Positions 10,013 to 17,223 of a stretch of DNA of 53,852 nucleotides are shown piece after piece (the first letter of the stretch is position 1; each line of letters starts with the position of its first letter). Below the pieces are notes generated by a model. It worked only from the letters and a program-made list of their open reading frames with translations, was not told the origin of the DNA and made no database searches. Location of the stretch: positions 1 through 53,852 of IMG/VR virus record IMGVR_UViG_3300001679_000055, one strand, 5' to 3'. The stretch comes from a virus (taxonomy: Duplodnaviria; Caudoviricetes). Position numbers and translations under genes: made by a program.

Positions 10013-11586
10013 GAACTTTCTCCTACATCTTCAGGATCATCATCCCATAACATACTTCCATCTGAGCTTTCTGTATCAGAAGATACCTCACTAGGTTTCC
10101 ATGCCTTAAACTCTCCCAACATAGAAATATTATCTATCTGATCATCATGTTTAGACTTAAACCCTTTAGGAGTGGCTAGGTGTAGCTCATTCAACATCTC
10201 GGATAGCTCTGCAGAGTCTCTAAGCTCCTCAGGAAACCATATCTTTCCTGATTTAAATAGTGGTACTGCCATTTGCTGGAATCGGCTCATCTTGTCCTTA
10301 TTTGGACGTATACCAGGACTAGTCTTCCCGCGGCCTGAAGCTAAGGTGAAGTAAATATTACGATTCATCATCTCATTCTGAATCCATGAAATAAAGCCCC
10401 CCTGCTGCCCCGTCACCTCAACGCCTACTTCTTGTGGGTTGTATTTCTGACATAATCTAAATAATTCATTGATAGATTCATCCATTAAAGCATGTTTACA
10501 AAAACCATCTACCCATAACCAATCCCCGTTATTATTGTAAGCCCAAACGTTAATAGTACTAAAGTCTGCGGATTCCTTCGCACTAGTTGCAAAGTCAGTG
10601 GTAATGTAGAAGTTAAACGCTCCAGGGTTAGATTTAACGTTTGCATGTTTATACCAGGTAAAATCACCATCTTTGATTAGGCGTTCTTCGTCAGACATAA
10701 TACGAAGCATAAGCTCTTGATTAAAACCGTCTAACTTGCCAGTTTTAATGGCCTTCTCATATTGGGCGCTAACATATCTATAGTCGAATCTATCACCCCA
10801 AGCACCTTTAAACTCCTCTTTAGAACATGGAAACTTCTCACATACAGGGTAAACATTGACATGCCAGGCACCAGATTCCACTGCCTTGTATAAAGGATCT
10901 TTAGCATTGAAGGGGGTTCCTGACCATATAGTCTTCTTTTTAGTTGGGTGTAATGCATAATCTACAGCTTTATAGACTGTATCCTCGATAGAGGCAATTA
11001 CTGTGGGTGATCTAGCGTCATCATCACTGATCAAGTCATCTAGCACTGCCAGGGTAGGACGTTGCCCCATTTCTTTCGCTCCACGAACACCAGTTTTAGC
11101 GCCATACATCTTAACAATAAATTGTTTTCCAGAAGCATTCTCAAATTCCATTCTAGAATCAGTGAATCTAATCCTAGGTATGTACTTCATTAGGAAGTCA
11201 GAGTTATGATAACGATACTCAACGTTTTTACGCATATTTTTAACACCATTCTCCATGGAGTCAGATACGTAGATCGCCAAGTTTACTCTACCAAATCCAG
11301 GGATTGAGCCGTAAGTAGCTATATATAGGAACAAATACTCACCCAGTACTGTAGTCTTAGCTAAACCTCGTGAACACATATTGGCAATGTTTTCTTTCAT
11401 GCCTCCTACGTTATCTAGCATTTTGTAGTGTATTACAGGTGATTTGTGTTCCTCACCATCTTCTCCATTAACTAACTTGATAAAGCTAATGAATTCTAGT
11501 GCAAACTCTGTAGGTGTGTAGGTGGGGTCCTCTGCGTAATTTATACTATTTAACCAATCATCTACATCTTTTTTAACTAATCCCAA
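10000..11586 (-). CDS. terL: Terminase large subunit (N4 gp68-like)
   Basis: Walker A variant SRGLAKTT, GAKTGVRG, Walker B LAVLDD, coupling motif GTP, nuclease TTDFA...DFS...HDDQID. Confidence 0.95.
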   Translation of the reverse strand: MGLVKKDVDDWLNSINYAEDPTYTPTEFALEFISFIKLVNGEDGEEHKSPVIHYKMLDNVGGMKENIANMCSRGLAKTTVLGEYLFLYIATYGSIPGFGRVNLAIYVSDSMENGVKNMRKNVEYRYHNSDFLMKYIPRIRFTDSRMEFENASGKQFIVKMYGAKTGVRGAKEMGQRPTLAVLDDLISDDDARSPTVIASIEDTVYKAVDYALHPTKKKTIWSGTPFNAKDPLYKAVESGAWHVNVYPVCEKFPCSKEEFKGAWGDRFDYRYVSAQYEKAIKTGKLDGFNQELMLRIMSDEERLIKDGDFTWYKHANVKSNPGAFNFYITTDFATSAKESADFSTINVWAYNNNGDWLWVDGFCKHALMDESINELFRLCQKYNPQEVGVEVTGQQGGFISWIQNEMMNRNIYFTLASGRGKTSPGIRPNKDKMSRFQQMAVPLFKSGKIWFPEELRDSAELSEMLNELHLATPKGFKSKHDDQIDNISMLGEFKAWKPSEVSSDTESSDGSMLWDDDPEDVGESSYFV

Positions 11587-11789
11587 TGTGATTCCTCCCT
11601 GTCATTTCGTAGAAAGCTGTCCCCGGAGTTTGCATCTGATTCCGCCTCAACTATCAGATAGCTAACTTCCATTGATATTTGTTCAAATGTATTTCTTTCA
11701 GGCTGGTCACTAACCTCGTGCATACCACTTTGTGCCAACTTTTTAATGGCTCGTAATTTAGTTAGACAATCACTCATGCAATGTATCAT
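11577..11789 (-). CDS. Hypothetical protein
   Basis: 70-aa ORF coupled to its neighbours (ATGA overlap upstream, overlaps the terL start). Confidence 0.5.
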   Translation of the reverse strand: MIHCMSDCLTKLRAIKKLAQSGMHEVSDQPERNTFEQISMEVSYLIVEAESDANSGDSFLRNDREESHWD

Positions 11790-11875
11790 TTATCATCCCC
11801 ATATTTATCTATAAGTCTAAGAATAGCCCCGCCCAATATCAACGAAAGTAGCAAGATAAGATGGTCTATTTCCAT
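11786..11875 (-). CDS. Small membrane peptide (29 aa)
   Basis: Not in track. MEIDHLILLLSLILGGAILRLIDKYGDDK; its stop overlaps the next ATG (ATGA). Confidence 0.45.
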   Translation of the reverse strand: MEIDHLILLLSLILGGAILRLIDKYGDDK

Positions 11876-11970
11876 TTAGTAGCTTTAATGTGATCGGAAA
11901 ATATACTATAAAGCACACCTACCCCAAACAATATTCCAACTAGTATTAGCGCTATTATTATTTCTCCCAC
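11866..11970 (-). CDS. Small membrane peptide (34 aa)
   Basis: Not in track. GTG start, MGEIIIALILVGILFGVGVLYSIFSDHIKATKWK; fills the gap and overlaps both neighbours. Confidence 0.45.
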   Translation of the reverse strand: MGEIIIALILVGILFGVGVLYSIFSDHIKATKWK

Positions 11971-12695
11971 CGCACTTCTTCATATTCTGTTTCTATAGCT
12001 GTATTTTTTCTAGCAATAATATCTGAGTGTGCCATAGCCTCAGCAGTAACAGCTCCACTCTGAATTAGTTTCAGTTGTTGTTGAGCTAATGCTCTAGTAG
12101 TGTCTCTCAGCTCTTCGATAGAGTCTGATGAATAATTGACAGCTACTTCAATTTTAGCTGTTTCTGGGGCTTTTAATTGCATAATCAAGCACTCAGCTGC
12201 CTTCTGCCTAACCGTCTCTGATTTGGCACTCCTCATGAGCTCAGCCTGTGTATTGATGGCTTCCTGATGTACATCCATATTAAGAATATGCACAGGCACT
12301 AATGTACGCTCTAGGATCTTATGAACTAAATCAGTTTTATTGAATGCTGTGGCAAAGCTTGATATGTTCTTAGATGGTGTGCCTTTATCTATTTGTCTCT
12401 GGTATCTTTCAGGAAAGACCTTAGCGTACGCCATAAGATTAGTAGAACCCAATAGTTTGAAACTAACGAACTTCACTGCATCTACGTAACTCGTCATTTT
12501 GTACTTGCCAGTCTGGATAACATCAGCAAAACCTAATAGATTATCTTTATAGATTTGTCTGAAATCTTCATCAGGCTCAGAGTTGATCATTGTGATCATG
12601 TCTTCAGTAACATTATGTCTCCACTTTTTAGGCACGCTTGCCTGAAGTTGATCCATAGTTAAAATACTGGCGTTGTTTTTAGTCTCTAATTTCAT
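11958..12695 (-). CDS. N4 gp69-like conserved protein, possible terminase small subunit
   Basis: YVDAVKFVSFKLLG..N..AY...FPERY...LNMDVHQEAIN...LMRSAKSETVRQKAA motif series; upstream of terL. Confidence 0.75.
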   Translation of the reverse strand: MKLETKNNASILTMDQLQASVPKKWRHNVTEDMITMINSEPDEDFRQIYKDNLLGFADVIQTGKYKMTSYVDAVKFVSFKLLGSTNLMAYAKVFPERYQRQIDKGTPSKNISSFATAFNKTDLVHKILERTLVPVHILNMDVHQEAINTQAELMRSAKSETVRQKAAECLIMQLKAPETAKIEVAVNYSSDSIEELRDTTRALAQQQLKLIQSGAVTAEAMAHSDIIARKNTAIETEYEEVRWEK

Positions 12696-13041
12696 GTTTC
12701 TCCAATTTACGTTTATCCCACTCCTCTCTAGCTTTTAATTTACGAACAGGTAGACCATACCACCAGTTATATGGATTAACATGGAAGTGTATACCTTCAC
12801 GTTGAATATGCTCATTTTTAACTAACCAAGAAATGGATCTGCTGATGTTTGCTTTGTCTACATTGAGATGCTCACCAATTTCTTTATTCGTAGTAGCCAC
12901 ATGTCCATCTAAATCACGCATATCAAATAAACTTTTCCACACCCTACCATGAGGCTTGGGCATAGCTAGTAATAAATCTATAGGGTCTTGGCCTTCTTCA
13001 AATAAAATATCCATACATGCTTGTTCAAATTCTCTATTCAT
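12679..13041 (-). CDS. Winged-HTH DNA-binding protein (RepL-like)
   Basis: TNKEIGEHLNVDKANISRSISWLVKNEHI HTH followed by FHVNPY..WYG. Confidence 0.6.
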   Translation of the reverse strand: MNREFEQACMDILFEEGQDPIDLLLAMPKPHGRVWKSLFDMRDLDGHVATTNKEIGEHLNVDKANISRSISWLVKNEHIQREGIHFHVNPYNWWYGLPVRKLKAREEWDKRKLEKHEIRD

Positions 13042-13048
13042 GACCGCA

Positions 13049-13076
13049 AGTATAGCATCTTGTATGATCTACACAA
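13049..13076 (-). promoter_or_regulatory. Putative sigma70 promoter giving a near-leaderless mRNA
   Basis: Minus strand TTGTGT, 16-nt spacer ending in TGC, then TATACT. Only 7 nt lie before the ATG at 13041 and there is no SD. Confidence 0.5.
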
Positions 13077-13120
13077 CAGTAATTGTAGGATTATGCCATA
13101 TTAAGCTAAAATAAGCAAAA

Positions 13121-13154
13121 AAGTATACAACAACGTCTGCAGGAAGTATACAAC
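13121..13154. repeat. 11-bp direct repeat AAGTATACAAC x2
   Basis: Exact copies at 13121-13131 and 13144-13154, each containing the palindrome GTATAC. Confidence 0.7.
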
Positions 13155-13489
13155 TTTTTCCCAGTAAGAATGCGGGTTGTAGCGATTCCCTATTAAGGGC
13201 CTTAGAGAGCGCAGCGAACAGGAGCTTGCTCCCCTAGGTTTTTAGCTACAGAAGATACGTAGTATTGAGTTAATAGATACTCACATACTTACCCCCATCC
13301 CTGGCGAGAGCTGAAGCTCTCTTGGGCGCGGGACGTATGCTCGTATTAGAAAGAGGTTAGAAATGGACTATTTGGTATTAGTAGAAATTTCAATAATAGT
13401 TTTAGGTTAGTAACTTACTGTGGGGAGTGTGGAATTTGGAAGGTACCCCCCCTATGCGTTATGGGTAACTATCTTTTTTGCTAAGACAC

Positions 13490-13513
13490 AAGCGAAGTCT
13501 CGCTTAACAGGCA
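13490..13513 (+). promoter_or_regulatory. Putative vRNAP early hairpin promoter 1
   Basis: AAGCGA-AGTC-TCGCTT-AA-CAGGCA upstream of the first early gene. Confidence 0.7.
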
Positions 13514-13545
13514 ATTTTGTCATTTAATTTAAGGATATATATATT

Positions 13546-13848
13546 ATGAGCGACGCTATCAATACAACAGATACAACTAAAACTAAAATGCAATCAGTAA
13601 AGTTTCCTTTCCGTATGTACAACAAGAACACTATGGAATGGGACGCTATTGCTTACGGTAATATCCCTGAGTCTGGTACATCTCTAGATCATTTCAAGAT
13701 GTTCGAAGGGTGGTTACAGCAGGCTATCGATGGTGGTGCTATCTTAATCGATGAGGCTAAACTGAAGGAGCTGGGTATTCCGAATATCAAACTTACAGCA
13801 GAGTCACTATTTCAAAAGACTGAACGCCTATCCAACGCATACATCTAA
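13546..13848 (+). CDS. Early hypothetical protein
   Basis: 100 aa, AAGGA RBS, first gene after the hairpin. Confidence 0.75.
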   Translation: MSDAINTTDTTKTKMQSVKFPFRMYNKNTMEWDAIAYGNIPESGTSLDHFKMFEGWLQQAIDGGAILIDEAKLKELGIPNIKLTAESLFQKTERLSNAYI

Positions 13849-13864
13849 CCTAAACATTAACCTT

Positions 13865-13909
13865 GCTATACCTTCATCCCATATCGGGTGTTGGTGTAGC
13901 TCTTTTTTT
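13865..13909 (+). terminator. Intrinsic terminator
   Basis: GCTATACC...CATCC-loop-GGGTG...GGTGTAGC stem followed by T7. Confidence 0.7.
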
Positions 13910-13982
13910 GACACAGACACAGGTCAACGGCCACCAGACAGTAACCAACCAAAGCCAGCAAATATTCAGTTCACCGTGCCCT

Positions 13983-14006
13983 ACGCGAAGTCTCGCGTTT
14001 CAGGCA
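13983..14006 (+). promoter_or_regulatory. Putative vRNAP early hairpin promoter 2
   Basis: ACGCGA-AGTC-TCGCGT-TT-CAGGCA, a covarying copy of the 13490 element. Confidence 0.7.
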
Positions 14007-14046
14007 TATTCATCTTGTATATGTTAATTAAAATAAGGTAAACATC

Positions 14047-14304
14047 ATGAAAGTAATCAGCAATATTAGTAACACTATAGGGGCATTAGCTCAAGCAACA
14101 CAGTCAGCCGCAATGCTTATTGAAAAAGTAGTAGGTGATAATGGGTTAGGTAGATTCGTAGACCAAATATCAGAAATGTCAGCAGAAGGTTTAGACGAAA
14201 ATTTAGAAGATATGCGACTAGACAGACAAGAACGTCAAATTGAAAGAACTCATAGAATCGCAGAACTTAAAGAAAAATTCAAGGTAGATACAAATGTCGA
14301 ATAA
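14047..14304 (+). CDS. Early hypothetical protein (helical)
   Basis: 85 aa, AAGGT RBS. Confidence 0.7.
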   Translation: MKVISNISNTIGALAQATQSAAMLIEKVVGDNGLGRFVDQISEMSAEGLDENLEDMRLDRQERQIERTHRIAELKEKFKVDTNVE

Positions 14305-14392
14305 CACTAAAGCATTCTTAGAAGTACTAATCGATACCATTACCTTTGCCATAATAGCTATAGGTTTCATCTTGTTAATTACTGCCATCTGA
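14294..14392 (+). CDS. Early small membrane peptide (32 aa)
   Basis: Not in track. MSNNTKAFLEVLIDTITFAIIAIGFILLITAI; AAGGT upstream; ends just before a terminator-like hairpin. Confidence 0.5.
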   Translation: MSNNTKAFLEVLIDTITFAIIAIGFILLITAI

Positions 14393-14401
14393 TCAACTCT
14401 T

Positions 14402-14435
14402 ACATGTACCTAGTTGGGTATGTGTTGGACTTTTT
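14402..14435 (+). terminator. Possible intrinsic terminator
   Basis: ACATGTACCT-AGTT-GGGTATGTGT stem with G-U pairs, and a T5 tract shortly after. Confidence 0.45.
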
Positions 14436-14559
14436 ACCTTGTGATAGTAGACAGAAAACTATACAAACGATAACACCCTCATTTATTTAAACCGAGTATT
14501 CACAGAAGCTACCCTGTGACTATTCTTTCATTCCAGGTAGCATTAAAACGGAGAATATT

Positions 14560-14964
14560 ATGGGCTTACTAGCTATTAATAACACAGAAACAACTAAAGC
14601 TTACAACAACGATAAAGTAATCTACATCAAGATTACTGGTCAAGAGAAGTCAGCACAATTTAAACCAAGTAAGGCATTTGAGAACATTGTATCTAACGCA
14701 GACGTGTTGAAGATTATTACTAAGGGTGACATTCGTCCTACTAAAGCTAATGACAAGGGTTATGTTAACTTTGTACTAGGTAATGGTACTAATCAATTTG
14801 GTTTCATTAATTACTTAGAAAACTCTCTAGGTAATGACTCAACTGATGATGATAAGACAGAAGCTTTATTCGCTGTAGAGGCTAAGCTATCACAAGTAAC
14901 TCTTGATGATATCAGCAGACCACTAACTGCAGATGAAGCACGTAACGCACTAGACATGCTGTAA
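14560..14964 (+). CDS. Early protein, possible N4 gp2/Drc-like RNAP II cofactor
   Basis: 134 aa, GGAG RBS, directly upstream of the RNAP. Size and a KANDKGYVNF segment are only weakly reminiscent of gp2; the function is a guess. Confidence 0.4.
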   Translation: MGLLAINNTETTKAYNNDKVIYIKITGQEKSAQFKPSKAFENIVSNADVLKIITKGDIRPTKANDKGYVNFVLGNGTNQFGFINYLENSLGNDSTDDDKTEALFAVEAKLSQVTLDDISRPLTADEARNALDML

Positions 14965-14975
14965 TACAACTATAC

Positions 14976-15012
14976 ATGGGTACATCAGAAATGATGTATT
15001 CATTTATTTTTT
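14976..15012 (+). terminator. Intrinsic terminator
   Basis: ATGGGTACATCA-GAAA-TGATGTATTCAT followed by TTATTTTTT. Confidence 0.75.
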
Positions 15013-15051
15013 AATATATCTAAAACTATAAACAATTCTTGGGAATACATT

Positions 15052-16833
15052 ATGAACTTTCAATTACACAACGAGTTAGAATACTCAAAGAGACAACGTA
15101 ACAACTTAATACTGTTAGACATATTAGATGAAGTGCCTACTGAGGTTACTGATCATCTTACCAATGCTATTGATACCTATAGATCTGGAGAATACTATGC
15201 CTCTAAGCAAACTAGAGTACGTAACCTACCTAATACTATGGAGATCGTAAGTAAGATCTTAGCTATTGTTTTATCTAATGATAGTAAGCAACCCATTCAA
15301 GGCCCAGCTACTGAATTAGGTTTGTCTATGGGGTATAGGAACCCAGTAGATGCTGTTAAGACTGGTGCTGAAATATTAGCTATTGTACATGGTAGTCTAT
15401 TTGACATCTCTATGCACTCTGAAGGAACTGACATACTTCCTAAATTAAAGTTAGATGACAATACTATGGATAAGTTAAAAGTATTACAATTCCTGCCACC
15501 TATGCTGCAAGAACCTGAAGACTGGGTCTCTAACGTCCAAGGAGGGTGGTTGTGGGAACGTAAATCAATTATCTTAGGCAAAGGTAATCATCATGAAGAG
15601 TATCAGTCGTATGACGCTGTTAATCTAATGCAGATGGTACCTTGGACTATCGATATACCTACGTACATTAATCATGATAATCCTAATGAGAATATGGATA
15701 GAGATCAATACAACCGTGTCATTACAGACAACCTAGGTAAACCATTCTACTTTGTATGGCGATTTGATAAACGTGGGAGGAGTTATTCTTCAGGTTATGA
15801 CTTAAATATTCAATCTAATGAGTATGGTAAAGCTATGTTGTCGCTAACTAACAAACGCCCTGTTAACAAGGTTGATAACCTTAAGATTGCTGTTGCAAAT
15901 CATGCTGGACATGATAAGTTAACTTGGCAAGGACGTATTGACTGGTTTAATAAACAGTTAAGCTTTGATATGGGGCAGTTTAATGAACCTATTCTTGGTG
16001 CTAAGGCATTAAGAGCTTATCATGAAGTTAAACAAGGTCATAAGACTGGTTACGTTATGTCTATTGATGCTACTGCCTCTGGTTTACAGATAATGAGTGC
16101 ATTATCAGGCTGTAAAGATACTGCTAGAGTTTGTAACATGATCGATACAGGTGATAGAGAAGATGTTTACCAAATGATAGCTGATAGAATGAACAAACGC
16201 TTGAATAGTAGAGACTCAGTCAGTAGGAACATGGTTAAGAAGCCTACCATGACAACATTTTATAACTCTAAAGCTAATCCTAAGCAGGTGTTTAATGAGG
16301 AACAGTTAGAGGCATTTTATGTTACGTTAGATGGGTTAATGCCAGGTGCTATGCATATTATGGAGGATATCAATACATGTTGGCAATATGATAGTGATTT
16401 TCATCAGTGGACATTGCCTGATACACACGTAGCACGTGTACCAGTTACTGAAATGGTTGATATTAGGGTAGAAATCGATGAGTTAGACCATAGAACGTTT
16501 ACCTATCGGTATAACAAGCAACAACCTAGTGAGAACTATAGAAGTTTAGTTGCTAATATCATTCACAGTGTAGATGGGTATGTTGCTAGGGAGATGGTTA
16601 GACGAAATCATTATGAAGGTACTGAATTAGTACATATTCATGACTGTTTTGTATTTACACCAGATGCTATGCAAGATGTAGCTAGACATTACAGAGAAAT
16701 ACTAGCTGAAATAGCTGATAGTAATTTACTAGAAGACATTTTGTCTGAAGTCACGGGGACTAAGTTAACCATAAATAAGATGTCTAGTGATCTTTCTAAA
16801 GATATCCTAAACAGTCAATACATGCTATCTTAA
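15052..16833 (+). CDS. T7-superfamily RNA polymerase, single-chain N4 RNAP II (gp15+gp16 equivalent)
   Basis: PPM, GNHH, FDKRGRSY..GY..N.QS, ANHAGHDK..WQGRIDW, motif A DATASGLQ, motif B RNMVKKPTMTTFY, NIIHSVDG, motif C IHDCF. Confidence 0.92.
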   Translation: MNFQLHNELEYSKRQRNNLILLDILDEVPTEVTDHLTNAIDTYRSGEYYASKQTRVRNLPNTMEIVSKILAIVLSNDSKQPIQGPATELGLSMGYRNPVDAVKTGAEILAIVHGSLFDISMHSEGTDILPKLKLDDNTMDKLKVLQFLPPMLQEPEDWVSNVQGGWLWERKSIILGKGNHHEEYQSYDAVNLMQMVPWTIDIPTYINHDNPNENMDRDQYNRVITDNLGKPFYFVWRFDKRGRSYSSGYDLNIQSNEYGKAMLSLTNKRPVNKVDNLKIAVANHAGHDKLTWQGRIDWFNKQLSFDMGQFNEPILGAKALRAYHEVKQGHKTGYVMSIDATASGLQIMSALSGCKDTARVCNMIDTGDREDVYQMIADRMNKRLNSRDSVSRNMVKKPTMTTFYNSKANPKQVFNEEQLEAFYVTLDGLMPGAMHIMEDINTCWQYDSDFHQWTLPDTHVARVPVTEMVDIRVEIDELDHRTFTYRYNKQQPSENYRSLVANIIHSVDGYVAREMVRRNHYEGTELVHIHDCFVFTPDAMQDVARHYREILAEIADSNLLEDILSEVTGTKLTINKMSSDLSKDILNSQYMLS

Positions 16834-16866
16834 AATATATAATCAAGTTGAACCACAAGTAAAGTT

Positions 16867-16908
16867 ATAATAGACGTGCCCATTACGGGTATTTCTATTA
16901 TTTTTTTT
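16867..16908 (+). terminator. Intrinsic terminator after the RNAP gene
   Basis: ATAATAGA-CGTGCCC-ATTAC-GGGTATT-TCTATTAT followed by a T run. Confidence 0.7.
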
Positions 16909-16931
16909 ACTGTTTTTTTTACTATCTTAAA

Positions 16932-16944
16932 CGTCCTCCGGACG
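16932..16944 (+). promoter_or_regulatory. TCC-triloop hairpin, putative phage promoter
   Basis: CGTCC-TCC-GGACG (template strand C-GGA-G) at the head of the middle region. Confidence 0.5.
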
Positions 16945-17028
16945 CTTTTTTAAATGTATTAGAACTGTTTATTAAATCCAGGATTAATACAGATAACACT
17001 GGGGTTGACTTAAGGAGAACACTAAAAA

Positions 17029-17223
17029 ATGGAAAACAAATTTCATATAGTAAATTGCCAACTAAAAGGATGTCACCATAATAGAAAAAGTATTTGTCGA
17101 TTAGATACTTTACCAATTATGGGATTCGCGGACAGTATGCAATTTTTTAGAGATAGTAAGACGTGTCAAGTAAGACATCAGATAAGTATTCACCGAACAG
17201 AACAATTAATAGGAAAAGATTAA
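17029..17223 (+). CDS. Small Cys-rich protein (DUF1540-like pattern)
   Basis: C-x4-C-x7-C-xL-xx-LPI...C; AAGGAG RBS; paralog of 19306-19533. Confidence 0.6.
   Translation: MENKFHIVNCQLKGCHHNRKSICRLDTLPIMGFADSMQFFRDSKTCQVRHQISIHRTEQLIGKD

Larger units (their letters stand above)
13042..13489. other. Divergent non-coding region, probable junction of genome ends or terminal repeat
   Basis: Terminase module and early genes diverge here; in N4 these are the right and left genome ends. Contains several hairpins and repeats. Confidence 0.6.

Noticed and set aside
1909-11209. Plus-strand and alternative-frame ORFs in the tail and terminase region
   Set aside because: Fully nested in well-supported minus-strand genes; shadow ORFs.
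17163-17222. Longer GTG start for the helicase
   Set aside because: It overlaps the Cys-rich ORF; the TAATG-coupled ATG at 17223 is more plausible.
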